A DNA stretch of 56,262 nt from Spirochaetaceae bacterium (GCA_051531975.1 JAOPTT010000025.1:14802-71063), one strand, 5' to 3'; positions 19,138 through 29,194 are shown, counted from the stretch's first letter. Translations and numbers: made by a program. The notes: generated by a model from the letters alone, not told the origin.

Positions 19138-20268
19138 CTACGACATTGAATTATCAATTCTTTTAACCTCAGCCAATACTGTAGCAACAATACTCCAATA
19201 CTTATCAGGTACAGTATCCCCAATCTCGGTATCAGCGTAAAGCCCCCTAGCTAATGGTTTATTTTCAACTATTGGTACACCGTTTTCTTTTGCTACCCTT
19301 CTAATATTAAGAGCTATATTATCTTGACCTTTAGCAGAAACCCTAGGAGCTACCATGGTTTCTCGGTCATATTCTAAAGCAACTGCAAAATGTGTCGGGT
19401 TTGTTACAACAACATCAGCTGTAGGAACATTTTGTATCATTGTACTATTCAAAATCTCCTGCATTTTTTGCTTTAACCGGCTTTTAATCTGAGGATCACC
19501 CTCCATCTGCTTATACTCTTCTTTAACTTCTTGTTTACTCATTTTAATAGAATCTAAATGTTGTCTTCTCTGAAAAATATAATCAGGAATAGATATAACC
19601 AACATAAAAACAGCAGCTTGAATCATCAGTTTAAAAGCTGTACCTGCAATAAGACGTAATGATTCAGCAATTGAGTGATTCATTAATACAACTAAATTAG
19701 GTATTATTGATTTTACATTAAGATAAGCTAAAAATCCAATGATTCCTATCTTAAAAATAGATTTTAATAAATTAAAAATAGCTTCCATAGAAAATAGTGT
19801 TTTTGTTATATATTTACCAAGGTTAGGAGCAATTTTATCAAATTTAGGTTCAATTGCCTTCGTTGTAAACAGAAAACCTACCTGTAATAAGTTAGCCAAA
19901 ATAGCTGATACAAATGCAACTGCTGCAATAGGTGCAACAACCGCAGCGTAATAACTAAAAAATGTTGGAACTAATGTCCCAAACTCCATAATTTCAAACC
20001 GATCTATATTTGATAAAAAGTAGATCATCATACTTCTTAATTTACCAAAAAAGAAGGAAGCCAAAATCCCAACTGTACTAATTGGTAATAAAACAACTAA
20101 AGCTGCTACTAATTCCGATGACTTAGCAACCTTACCATCTTCTCTACTTTTCTTCTTTTTCTGTTCAGTAGCATCTTCGGTTCGACCTTCATCTTCAGCG
20201 GCAAACCATTGTAAGTGGATATTTTGATATTCTAAATTATAATCATCAATATATAAATATCTATCCAA
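19138..20268 (-). CDS. flhB: Flagellar export protein FlhB
   Basis: LQWFAAEDEGRTE, EGDPQIK and the NPTH autocleavage site. Confidence 0.96.
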   Translation of the reverse strand: MDRYLYIDDYNLEYQNIHLQWFAAEDEGRTEDATEQKKKKSREDGKVAKSSELVAALVVLLPISTVGILASFFFGKLRSMMIYFLSNIDRFEIMEFGTLVPTFFSYYAAVVAPIAAVAFVSAILANLLQVGFLFTTKAIEPKFDKIAPNLGKYITKTLFSMEAIFNLLKSIFKIGIIGFLAYLNVKSIIPNLVVLMNHSIAESLRLIAGTAFKLMIQAAVFMLVISIPDYIFQRRQHLDSIKMSKQEVKEEYKQMEGDPQIKSRLKQKMQEILNSTMIQNVPTADVVVTNPTHFAVALEYDRETMVAPRVSAKGQDNIALNIRRVAKENGVPIVENKPLARGLYADTEIGDTVPDKYWSIVATVLAEVKRIDNSMS

Positions 20269-21046
20269 AACTAGCTACCTTCGAAAACATTTCAGCTATA
20301 AACTGAAAATTGTTATCCAAAATTATATTAAACTTTTCCATTAAAAAAGGTAAGGAAGATGTAATCATAACAAATCCAATAGTTATCTGAATAGGAAAAC
20401 CGATCATCATTAAATTCATTTGTGGTGAAGCTTTTGCTAATAAACCCATAGTTACAGATAATAAAATCAATGTTCCTAACATTGGAAATGCAATAACTAA
20501 TGCCTGGGTAAATAGTGTACCAAGTGCTATAATTGCTCTTTCTAAAAGAAATTCCTGCTGAACTAATAGATCCGTTGCTTTGACAAATTGAATAGATTTT
20601 ATAATTCCTACAACAAATATCTTTTGAAATGCTCCAGTAGTAATAAAAATAAAAAGTGCAATAAAGTTAAACAATTGACCAATTACTGGTATTTGCACCT
20701 GTGCCATAGGGTCAAAAACTTGAGATGCACCAAAACCCATCTGAACTGCAAACATCTGACCAGCTAACTGAAATGTAGAAAAAATTATAGTTATGAAGAA
20801 ACCTGTAATAACACCTAAAATGACTTCTCCTATTATTACAAAAATCAGGGAAATTCCATCTGTTGGAATAATATATTCACTTGCAAAAGGAAATATGGTT
20901 ATAGTTATCATTAATGCTAAAGCGTTCCGAACAACTCCAGGAACTGTTCCATTTGAAAGTATAGGGGACGTCATAAATAGAGCTATAACTCTAGCGAATA
21001 TGAGAAAATATATAGTTGAGTTTTGGGCGAAACTCTCTAAAAACAT
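20261..21046 (-). CDS. fliR: Flagellar export protein FliR
   Basis: Polytopic, with AGQMFAVQMGF and KASPQMN. Lies between fliQ and flhB. Confidence 0.93.
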   Translation of the reverse strand: MFLESFAQNSTIYFLIFARVIALFMTSPILSNGTVPGVVRNALALMITITIFPFASEYIIPTDGISLIFVIIGEVILGVITGFFITIIFSTFQLAGQMFAVQMGFGASQVFDPMAQVQIPVIGQLFNFIALFIFITTGAFQKIFVVGIIKSIQFVKATDLLVQQEFLLERAIIALGTLFTQALVIAFPMLGTLILLSVTMGLLAKASPQMNLMMIGFPIQITIGFVMITSSLPFLMEKFNIILDNNFQFIAEMFSKVASFG

Positions 21047-21313
21047 CTACTTTACTTCAGCTATTAGGCCAAAAATCCAAGTAGCTCTATCAATTAAAGT
21101 ATCACCCATCCATGGTCCAAAAATAATTAAAGTACCAAAAATAGCCATTATTTTAGGTACAAATGTTAATGTTTGATCTTGAATTGAAGTTGTAGCTTGA
21201 AAGATAGAAACAACTAAACCAATAATCATACTTATAAGCAAAACTGGAGATGCAACTATTATAATTGTCAAAATAGATTGTTTTATAATTTCTGTAATTA
21301 TTGCCTGATCCAT
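21047..21313 (-). CDS. fliQ: Flagellar export protein FliQ
   Basis: FQATTSIQDQTLTFVPK. 88 aa. Confidence 0.95.
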   Translation of the reverse strand: MDQAIITEIIKQSILTIIIVASPVLLISMIIGLVVSIFQATTSIQDQTLTFVPKIMAIFGTLIIFGPWMGDTLIDRATWIFGLIAEVK

Positions 21314-21321
21314 AATCCCTC

Positions 21322-22116
21322 CTAAAGCATACTTCTAACAAGTGATTTAATAATTAAATTCCAACCATCTACTAATATAAAAAGTATAAGTTTAAATGGC
21401 ATAGAAATCATTACTGGTGGTAACATTATCATACCCATAGACATTAAAATTGATGCAACAATCATATCGATTATTATAAAAGGTATATATATTAATATCC
21501 CCATCTGAAAAGCAATTGTTATCTCATTTATAATAAAAGCTGGAATCAATATAATAGTATCAACATCATTTAAATTATTTGGAGCAGGGAGATCTCTTAA
21601 ACTCATAAAAAGTTCTATGTTATTATGGTTTCCATTTAACTGTTTAAACATAAAAAGTCTAATTGGTTTCTCAACTTCTCTTAACATTTCTGTTGTATTA
21701 ATTTGACCATCAGCAAAGGGTTTAAAACCATTATCGTACATATCAGTAAATACTGGCCACATTACAAATGTAGTTATAAATAGGGATATTCCTAATATTA
21801 CAGAAGCTGGAGGAACCTGTTGCAATGAGAGCGCTTTTTTTACAAAGTCTAATACAATGGAAATTCTTAAAAAACCAGTTAAAAGAACTAATATTGAAGG
21901 AGATAAGGTTAATACAGTTAAAAACAGTAATAACTGAATAGATAGGGCTACTTCACTATTATCTTCAGGAGCTCGAACAGCTAAATCAATAAATGGTATT
22001 GAAGAGAGTGTAGTATTACCTTCTTCAAAAGCTGTAGTTCCATCAGGATTATTTTCTTGTGAGTATATGTTTAATGTAGTTAAAAACATAACTACAATTA
22101 TAAGAACTTTTTTCAT
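21322..22116 (-). CDS. fliP: Flagellar export protein FliP
   Basis: LSLQQVPP and MGMIMLPPVMISMPFKLILFILVDGW. Start taken as ATG22116 (signal peptide MKKVLII), whereas the ORF track starts at TTG22131. Confidence 0.95.
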   Translation of the reverse strand: MKKVLIIVVMFLTTLNIYSQENNPDGTTAFEEGNTTLSSIPFIDLAVRAPEDNSEVALSIQLLLFLTVLTLSPSILVLLTGFLRISIVLDFVKKALSLQQVPPASVILGISLFITTFVMWPVFTDMYDNGFKPFADGQINTTEMLREVEKPIRLFMFKQLNGNHNNIELFMSLRDLPAPNNLNDVDTIILIPAFIINEITIAFQMGILIYIPFIIIDMIVASILMSMGMIMLPPVMISMPFKLILFILVDGWNLIIKSLVRSML

Positions 22117-22136
22117 CTCCCCCCCAGTCAATGAAA

Positions 22137-22745
22137 TTAAAATCTATCTAATTTTTCTTTTTGTGTTTTGATATTTGGTTCCTCTTCTGGTGCAACCGTT
22201 CCATTATTTATATTTAGTTTATCAGTAAAGTACTGAACAAATGATTTACTTCCAGCTGCCTCAGTTGAAAGGTTTAATGCTATTCTATCTTTACTTTCCT
22301 GGTCTGTTATCTCTGCAATAGAGTTAACATTACTATCAGAAGCTCCAACTAAAAATATTTGAGTTCCAACTTCTATTAAATGTAGTGCAGTTGATCCCTT
22401 TAAAGCTCGTGTAGAAATTACATGGATCAGATCGTTATCGATACCAATTCTGGCACCTCCAACTTTTTTAATAAATTTTAATACAAAATAGAGAGCGAGC
22501 AGAACAAAAACAAGTATTAATACTACTCGTAAATATTCTGTAGCACCAATTGGATTAACCTGGAGTGGCGCTTGGCCTTCCGGAACTTGATCTGCCGGAG
22601 TATTTATTTTTAGAGTTGTTTCATCTACTCTTAGTGGATTTACTTTTTCAGTACTATTTTCATCAGGAGTCTTATCAACTTCTGTCTCCTGAGAATATAG
22701 TGATATTGAAAAGAAAAGTAATATAAAGAGTAGCTTAACTCTCAA
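22137..22745 (-). CDS. fliO: Flagellar protein FliO/FliZ
   Basis: Signal peptide, one TM segment, 'LHLIEVGTQIFLVGAS'. Lies between fliY and fliP. Start probably TTG22745 after AGGA. Confidence 0.8.
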   Translation of the reverse strand: MRVKLLFILLFFSISLYSQETEVDKTPDENSTEKVNPLRVDETTLKINTPADQVPEGQAPLQVNPIGATEYLRVVLILVFVLLALYFVLKFIKKVGGARIGIDNDLIHVISTRALKGSTALHLIEVGTQIFLVGASDSNVNSIAEITDQESKDRIALNLSTEAAGSKSFVQYFTDKLNINNGTVAPEEEPNIKTQKEKLDRF

Positions 22746-23913
22746 TAGTCTTAGTTCCTGCAGAAACAATCTCTGTAACCCTTACACCAAAGTTTTCGTC
22801 GATTACTACAACTTCCCCTCTTGCTATTAGGTTTTTATTTACTAAGATATCAACTGGCTCACCGGCTAACTTATCTAACTCGATAATAGTTCCTTCACCA
22901 ATACCTAAAATATCTTTTATCTGCCATTTAGTACGACCTAACTCTACAGTTAGCTCCATGGAAACATCCATTAAAAGACCAATATTCCGACTATCAATAC
23001 CACTTAAATCAACTTGATTAAGAGCTGGATATTGAACACCTTGAACATTTTGTTGCTGATACATAGGTTGTTGCATCTGCTGTCCCATCATAGGTTGTTG
23101 CATCTGCTGCCCCATCATAGGTTGTTGCATCTGCTGTCCCATCATAGGCTGTTGCATCTGCTGTCCCATCATAGGTTGTTGCATCTGCTGCTGCCCCATC
23201 ATAGGTTGTTGCATTTGCTGTCCGCCCATCATAGGTTGTTGCATTTGACCACCCATTTGCTGCTGGCCCCCAGCATCTGGAGGTACAACATTAAGTGCTG
23301 TAACAATAGCTGCATCAAATAGTTCAGTAAATTTTATAGAACCTTCGCCCTCAACATTTAAATTAAGTTCAACAGTAACAAAATCACCATCAGGTATTCT
23401 TGCCATTGCTTTAGGTATCGCTTGAGCTTCAGGAGCCGAAGGTGAAACATTTTTTTTAGTTTCTCTTTCGATTGAAGTTAATAAAGTCCCAGTTATCTGA
23501 GATATAGCTTCACCAATAGAAGCCAATGCCATTGCATCTAATTCAAGACCTTCTTGCCCAGACATTAAACCAGCAACTTTAACTGAGTCATCTTTACTTA
23601 CTAAATAAAGATGTTCCCCTGGAGCTTCTCCAGTATAATCTAATTTAATCTCAACAATTTCATTGTCTATACCTGGTAACAATGAATCTTTATTTGTTAT
23701 CTTAGCAGATCCTAATGTTATAGTTGTCGTTTTACCAAGCATCCCCGAAAGGGTTTGCCCAATTCCATCCTTAGATTTATCTAATAAGGAGAGTACGTTA
23801 TCTTTATCGGAGTCTGTTATTCCTGGAGCAGGTGTAGCATCTGGAGAGTCACTACCCCCCTGAAATAATAAAGCATCTATCTCGTCCTGCGAAAGTGATC
23901 CATCACTCATCAT
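22735..23913 (-). CDS. fliY: Flagellar switch protein FliY (CheC-like + FliN domain)
   Basis: LSQDEIDALL, central CheC-like fold, C-terminal LLMDVSMELTVELGR...GEVVVIDENFGVRVTEI. Confidence 0.9.
   Translation of the reverse strand: MMSDGSLSQDEIDALLFQGGSDSPDATPAPGITDSDKDNVLSLLDKSKDGIGQTLSGMLGKTTTITLGSAKITNKDSLLPGIDNEIVEIKLDYTGEAPGEHLYLVSKDDSVKVAGLMSGQEGLELDAMALASIGEAISQITGTLLTSIERETKKNVSPSAPEAQAIPKAMARIPDGDFVTVELNLNVEGEGSIKFTELFDAAIVTALNVVPPDAGGQQQMGGQMQQPMMGGQQMQQPMMGQQQMQQPMMGQQMQQPMMGQQMQQPMMGQQMQQPMMGQQMQQPMYQQQNVQGVQYPALNQVDLSGIDSRNIGLLMDVSMELTVELGRTKWQIKDILGIGEGTIIELDKLAGEPVDILVNKNLIARGEVVVIDENFGVRVTEIVSAGTKTIES
23062..23256 (-). repeat. Seven tandem 27/30-bp coding repeats in fliY (unit QMQQPMMGQ)
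   Basis: Plus-strand unit CATAGGTTGTTGCATCTGCTGTCCCAT starts at 23062, 23089, 23116, 23143, 23170, 23200 and 23230. Confidence 0.95.
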
Positions 23914-24938
23914 TCGTCCATATCCTCCCCTGTTAATTCTTCAAATTCTTCTGGTGTTATATCTTCTAGCTTTTCAGTAACCTGAACTGCAATAGAATTA
24001 CCGACCATACCTGGTCTACATTTAAATTTAGCTTTGTTTCCAATTTTAAGTATCATAGGGTCACCTATTTTTACATTTGGTAAACGAATTGTATCTCCTG
24101 GTTGTATGGAGATTACATCTTTTACTGGCAACTCCATACTACCTATTTCGGCAGAAAGTAGAACATCTATTACCGAAAGTGAGTCTTTTAATATATTTAA
24201 GTTCTCTGTAGTTGATCCACGTCTAATAGTTGAGTACATAAACTGTGCGGATAACTTAGAAATAATTGGTTCAAGTGTTAGATATGGGATACAAAAGTTC
24301 ATCATACCCTCAACGTCTTCAATTCTTGTTTCTAATGTAACAAGGATAACCATCTCTGTTGGTGGTACAATCTGAGCAAACTGTGGGTTTGTCTCAATAT
24401 TTCCTAGCCTTGGTCTTAAGTCGATAACCTGGGACCATGCTTCCCTAAGGTTACCTAATATTCTTACAATAATACTCTCAATAACTGATTGCTCAATATC
24501 ACTTAACTCTCTATTTACCTTAGAGTTTTCACCAGGTCCACCAAATAGTCTATCTATCATAGAGAAAGTAATAGCTGGATCAATTTCTAATATAGCTGAA
24601 CCCTTTAATGGGTCCATGTTTATTAGAGCTAAAGCTGTTGTTGAAGGAATTGACCGTATAAATTCTTCATAAGTTAACTGATCTACCGATGCAACATGCA
24701 CATTTACTAAAGATCGTAACATTGCAGATAGAGATGTTGTAGTATGACGAGCAAACGCATCGTGCATAACAGAAACAGTTCTAATCTGATCTTTTGAGAA
24801 TTTATCAGGACGCTTAAAATCATAAATCTTTATGTTTTTACGGTCCGTTATCTGTTTTGTATCTTCACCTTCAACATCCCCTGCTGAAATTACCGTTAAG
24901 AGTTGGTCTATTTCATCTTGGGAAAGAACTTCAGTCAT
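23910..24938 (-). CDS. fliM: Flagellar switch protein FliM
   Basis: MTEVLSQDEIDQLL, YDFKRPDKFSKDQIR and ETNPQFAQIV. Confidence 0.97.
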   Translation of the reverse strand: MTEVLSQDEIDQLLTVISAGDVEGEDTKQITDRKNIKIYDFKRPDKFSKDQIRTVSVMHDAFARHTTTSLSAMLRSLVNVHVASVDQLTYEEFIRSIPSTTALALINMDPLKGSAILEIDPAITFSMIDRLFGGPGENSKVNRELSDIEQSVIESIIVRILGNLREAWSQVIDLRPRLGNIETNPQFAQIVPPTEMVILVTLETRIEDVEGMMNFCIPYLTLEPIISKLSAQFMYSTIRRGSTTENLNILKDSLSVIDVLLSAEIGSMELPVKDVISIQPGDTIRLPNVKIGDPMILKIGNKAKFKCRPGMVGNSIAVQVTEKLEDITPEEFEELTGEDMDE

Positions 24939-24970
24939 CTGTTATCCACCTTAAAAAATATAAATATTTT

Positions 24971-25540
24971 TTAGAACATATCTTTTTTAGTTATTACAAC
25001 CATTTCAATTGGACCATTAGTTAATATTCTATTGATCTTTTCTTTAATTTGTAACTTTAAAAACTCTTCATTTTCATTTGAAAGTTCATCTGCTTTTTTA
25101 CTACTAAAATAACTTCGAACTAAATCTACAATTGCTGGTAACCTTTGAGTAATTTCGGCAGATAGTGCTGCTGCTCGTTCCTCAGGATAACCAAAATCTA
25201 TTTCAATTATAAATGAGATAGGAACTTTATCTGAAGTTCTACCTCGAATCTGTTCCATCATATCACCATAATATACCATTATTGGTGGTTTTGTATTATA
25301 TTCCTCGGATACTTGAGCAAAACTTTGAGATTGATTTCCTCTATCAATTACTCCTATTGTTATAACAACAACAGTAACAATAAATATTGTACCAACTATA
25401 ATACCAACAACCCATGTTAATATTTTAACTAATCCACTTTTTGACTTATTTCCACCGGAACCAGAACCTGAACTTCCAACTCCAGCATCAAAACCTTCGT
25501 CACCTTCTATAGCATTTGATAACTCTTCTTCATCAGACAT
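24971..25540 (-). CDS. fliL: Flagellar basal body-associated FliL
   Basis: Single TM segment and C-terminal 'LKLQIKEKINRIL'. Lies between motB and fliM. Confidence 0.8.
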   Translation of the reverse strand: MSDEEELSNAIEGDEGFDAGVGSSGSGSGGNKSKSGLVKILTWVVGIIVGTIFIVTVVVITIGVIDRGNQSQSFAQVSEEYNTKPPIMVYYGDMMEQIRGRTSDKVPISFIIEIDFGYPEERAAALSAEITQRLPAIVDLVRSYFSSKKADELSNENEEFLKLQIKEKINRILTNGPIEMVVITKKDMF

Positions 25541-25565
25541 AAACTACACCTATCATATTATTTTT

Positions 25566-25594
25566 ACAATACCAGAAAAATTCACATAATGCAA
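25566..25594 (-). promoter_or_regulatory. Possible internal sigma70 promoter upstream of fliL
   Basis: TTGCAT-17 bp-TATTGT with TGG immediately before the -10 box. Confidence 0.35.
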
Positions 25595-25614
25595 ATAGTA
25601 AAATACTATTTACA

Positions 25615-26346
25615 TTATAAATGTCCATCGGCTAAAACTACTATTTCAACCCTTCTATTATACGCATCACCTTCTGGAGTCCCACTTAAATCAACAGGCA
25701 TAGTATCGGAAAAGGATGCTGTGCTAAATTGATGTTCGGTTGAACCAAATTCCACAAGGTATTTTAATACATTATTACTTCTTGCACTTGCAAGTTCCCA
25801 ATTACTTGGCCATAAACCATTAGGATCAGGAACACCAGAATCAGTGTGCCCTTCTATTCTAAATTTTCTATCACTTAAAAAACTACTACTTAATAAATCA
25901 GCAGCCTTTTTCAAAGTTTCTCTAGATCTTTCTATATCTATTTCTGCACTAGCAGGTCTAAAAAAAGAATCTCCTGCTAAAGAAATTATTAGACCACGTT
26001 CATCTTCTTTTATCATCACTTGTTTAGTTTTTACTTCTGTAGCAAAAAGACTATTAGCACTTTTTCTAGCTTTATCTAAACCACGACCTTTTGCTTGAGA
26101 CGGTAATGTCATTACTGAGTTACCTAACTCTACTAAATTTCCAACTTCTAGGGTATTACCACCTTCTAGGGGACCTAAACCAGTAAAAGAAGCCAATATA
26201 AGCTCTAAACGAGCACCATCAATAGCTTCTGGATTCATTAAGATAACAAAGAAACACATTAATAATGTTACCATATCCCCGTAGGTTGCAAGCCAGGCTG
26301 GTGCACCCTCTTCACATTCGGGACATTTTTTCTTTGGATCTGCCAT
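25615..26346 (-). CDS. motB: Flagellar stator B subunit
   Basis: WLATYGDMVTLLMCFF TM segment, OmpA-like IEGHTD, SNWELASAR and NRRVEI. Confidence 0.95.
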   Translation of the reverse strand: MADPKKKCPECEEGAPAWLATYGDMVTLLMCFFVILMNPEAIDGARLELILASFTGLGPLEGGNTLEVGNLVELGNSVMTLPSQAKGRGLDKARKSANSLFATEVKTKQVMIKEDERGLIISLAGDSFFRPASAEIDIERSRETLKKAADLLSSSFLSDRKFRIEGHTDSGVPDPNGLWPSNWELASARSNNVLKYLVEFGSTEHQFSTASFSDTMPVDLSGTPEGDAYNRRVEIVVLADGHL

Positions 26347-26348
26347 AA

Positions 26349-27122
26349 TTACTCATCTCCTCCAGGAGTTGGTCTTTCATCAGGTGCCAAGAATGTATAA
26401 AGTTTTTGTTCTAAAATTCTTGGGTTATCCCCAGCTTGTATTGATAAAATCCCTTCTACCATTATCTCTTTAACTAGCATTTCTGATACATGTTTATCTT
26501 GAAGTTTTTTCTGTATTGGAATTAAAAATAGATTGGCTAAAATAGAACCATAAAATGTTGTAATAAGTGCAACACCCATGTTTTTACCAACTGAAGATAT
26601 ATCTTCTAGGTTTGCCATCATTCCGATTAAACCAACTAGTGTTCCAATCATACCAAAAGCGGGACCTAAAGTACCCCAGTCACCAAAAAAGTTTATACCT
26701 TTTTGATGCCGACCTTCTATTTTATCTAAATCACTGTATAAAACAGATTTAATAACGTCAGGGTCTGATCCATCAACAACAAGTCTCATTCCACCACGTA
26801 AAAAATCATCTTCTACATCGTTTAAAGCATCATCTAGACTTAACAGCCCCTCTTTTCTAGCACTTTCTGAAAAGGCAACTAGTTGAGTTATGATCTCCTC
26901 TTTGTTAAAGATCTGTAAATTAAAAAATACTGAAAAGTATTTTGCAAGGCCTGTTATTCTGCTAATCGGGCTCATTGCAATCATTCCAGCAAATGAACCA
27001 CCAATAACAATGATTAAAGAAGGTAAATCCCAGTATAATGATAATGCATTACCACCAGATATTATACCCCAAAGTATAAGACCTGTTCCAAGAACAAATC
27101 CACCTATAGAAGCTAAATCCAT
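26349..27122 (-). CDS. motA: Flagellar stator A subunit
   Basis: ARKEGLLSL, PAFGMIGTLVGL, ALITTFYG and EGILSIQAGDNPR. Confidence 0.95.
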   Translation of the reverse strand: MDLASIGGFVLGTGLILWGIISGGNALSLYWDLPSLIIVIGGSFAGMIAMSPISRITGLAKYFSVFFNLQIFNKEEIITQLVAFSESARKEGLLSLDDALNDVEDDFLRGGMRLVVDGSDPDVIKSVLYSDLDKIEGRHQKGINFFGDWGTLGPAFGMIGTLVGLIGMMANLEDISSVGKNMGVALITTFYGSILANLFLIPIQKKLQDKHVSEMLVKEIMVEGILSIQAGDNPRILEQKLYTFLAPDERPTPGGDE

Positions 27123-27126
27123 TTAA

Positions 27127-27330
27127 CTATTCCTCATTTTTGAAAGCACCAATTTCTTTACGATACTCTACAATTCTTTTATATATTTCATCATATGATT
27201 CTGCGACCATTAGCTTTTTACCACTTAACATCATAATCATGGTATCTGGCTTACTCTGTATATATTCAATCTGATGAGGGTTCAGATACATTCCTTCACC
27301 CTTCTTACCTAAAAACGTTACCTTAATCAT
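27127..27330 (-). CDS. flbD: Flagellar protein FlbD (SwrD)
   Basis: LNPHQIEYIQSKPDT motif, 67 aa, between flgE and motA. Confidence 0.9.
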   Translation of the reverse strand: MIKVTFLGKKGEGMYLNPHQIEYIQSKPDTMIMMLSGKKLMVAESYDEIYKRIVEYRKEIGAFKNEE

Positions 27331-27334
27331 CTAA

Positions 27335-28732
27335 TTATCTCTTTAGAGTTAACAATTCTTGTAACATCTGGTCAGATGTAGTTATGGTTTTACTGTTTGC
27401 TTGAAACCCTCTTTGGGTTACGATCATATCAGTAAACTCTCCGGCTAAATCTACGTTACTCATTTCTAGTGCTCCGGAGATAAACTTACCTTTTCCAGCT
27501 ATCCCACTAGGTCCGATGTTAGCGTCCCCAGAGTTATTTGATACTGCAAAGTTAGTTTCACCAGTTTTTTCTAAACCACCAGGGTTTGTAAATGTAGCCA
27601 GTGCAACCTGACCTAAAACCCTATTAGTTCCGTTAGAATAAACACCGGTAATATTTCCACTTTGGTCAATTTGAAAGTTTTCTAAATAACCCATAGAATA
27701 ACCGTCTTGTGCAAATGCCTTGGTAGAACTTGAAGATCCATACTGAGTTATTGATGTAGTATTACTTCCTACTTCACCTAAGTTTAAGTTAAATGTCTGC
27801 TCTTGAAAGCCTTCAGCCTCAGTATCAACATTTGACCCTTGAACGTCGTATGTTATCTGAATATTCAGGTCTCCAGCATCAATTCCACCGTTTAAATCGT
27901 CCCCGGAAAATGCTCTTTGTAGTGTACCAAAGTTATCAAACTGCATTCTAAACTCGTTACCATCAGCCTCTGCTCCACCAATTGCTATTCGTGCATTTGA
28001 TCCAGCTGCAGTTTCAGAATCTATAGTTGCTGTTGCAATCCACTGATTGTTAAAATCTGGATCTTTTATGAAATCAACTCTTAGTTTATGTTTTTCACCA
28101 AATGAGTCGTATACATCTTTTGTTACAGTCCAAGTACCATCTGCAATCTCTGCAGCTGATGCATTAGGACCTAAAACCGGTGTTGTTTTTTGTAAGTTAC
28201 AAGCATATTCAACTTCTGTAGTTGCCCTTGCTGCATCTTTACCACCAATAGGAATATATAAATCCCCTGGATCAGATGCGGTATTTACAATACTTTTACC
28301 ATCTATTAATTCTGCACCCCAACCTTGAACCTTAAGACCAGAAGCTGGATTTACAAATGTTCCATCTTTATCTACACCAAAAGCACCTGCTCTTGTATAA
28401 ACTTCTTTATCTCCGTTTTTTAGTACAAAAAAACCATCACCCTGAATGGCGATATCTTCTCTTACACCAGTAGTCTGTAATGAACCCTGTGTAAAAATAG
28501 TATCGATTGAAGCAACAGACATACCGAGCCCAACTTGCTTAGGGTTAACACCACCTAGTTCTTCTGTAGGTTTAGAAGCACCGGACATATTCTGAGAAAC
28601 CATGTCTTGAAATGTTACTCTACCCTTCTTAAAACCGATTGTATTAACATTTGCAATGTTATTACCTAAAACATCCATTTTTACTTGATGGTTTTGTAAA
28701 CCTGAAACACCTGAATATAGTGATCGCATCAT
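27335..28732 (-). CDS. flgE: Flagellar hook protein FlgE
   Basis: [26 protein letters not shown] and LEMSNVDLA...QRGFQAN. Confidence 0.97.
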   Translation of the reverse strand: MMRSLYSGVSGLQNHQVKMDVLGNNIANVNTIGFKKGRVTFQDMVSQNMSGASKPTEELGGVNPKQVGLGMSVASIDTIFTQGSLQTTGVREDIAIQGDGFFVLKNGDKEVYTRAGAFGVDKDGTFVNPASGLKVQGWGAELIDGKSIVNTASDPGDLYIPIGGKDAARATTEVEYACNLQKTTPVLGPNASAAEIADGTWTVTKDVYDSFGEKHKLRVDFIKDPDFNNQWIATATIDSETAAGSNARIAIGGAEADGNEFRMQFDNFGTLQRAFSGDDLNGGIDAGDLNIQITYDVQGSNVDTEAEGFQEQTFNLNLGEVGSNTTSITQYGSSSSTKAFAQDGYSMGYLENFQIDQSGNITGVYSNGTNRVLGQVALATFTNPGGLEKTGETNFAVSNNSGDANIGPSGIAGKGKFISGALEMSNVDLAGEFTDMIVTQRGFQANSKTITTSDQMLQELLTLKR

Positions 28733-28746
28733 AAGCTAAACTCTCC

Positions 28747-29184
28747 TTACTCTGTTACTTTGTCGATATCTGAATAATCGTATAATCTATTATTAACCTG
28801 TAATTGTGGTTTCTCTCCACCTGTTACAGCTTCAACTCTACCTGTTATTTGGTTACCTGCTAAATCTGATATTGTCACATTCTTTCCTAATAGAGTAACT
28901 GCCTGGCTACCTGAAAGTTTGCTTGCTAAATTAGAGAACTCACTATTTAAGTTAGTCATCTGTTCTAGGGATGAAAATTGAGCCATTTGAGAGATAAATT
29001 CTTTATCTTCCATTGGTTTAGTAGGATCCTGGTTTTGTAGCTGAGTTATTAAAATCTTTAAAAACTCATCCTTACCCATATCCTGACTTTTTACTTGCCC
29101 TTTATTTAAAGCTTTATTAAAGCTATTTACCTGGCTATCTACCTGTGCAAACTCTGCACCTGATAATCTTGATGTATTAATCAT
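28747..29184 (-). CDS. flgD: Hook capping protein FlgD
   Basis: FLKILITQLQNQDPTKPM and FISQMAQFSSLEQ. Confidence 0.95.
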   Translation of the reverse strand: MINTSRLSGAEFAQVDSQVNSFNKALNKGQVKSQDMGKDEFLKILITQLQNQDPTKPMEDKEFISQMAQFSSLEQMTNLNSEFSNLASKLSGSQAVTLLGKNVTISDLAGNQITGRVEAVTGGEKPQLQVNNRLYDYSDIDKVTE

Positions 29185-29194
29185 GTCCTTCCCC

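Noticed and set aside
23014..23322. His/Leu-rich repeat ORF (HHRLLHLL)n
   Set aside because: It is the antisense reading of the fliY tandem repeat, with no independent evidence of expression.
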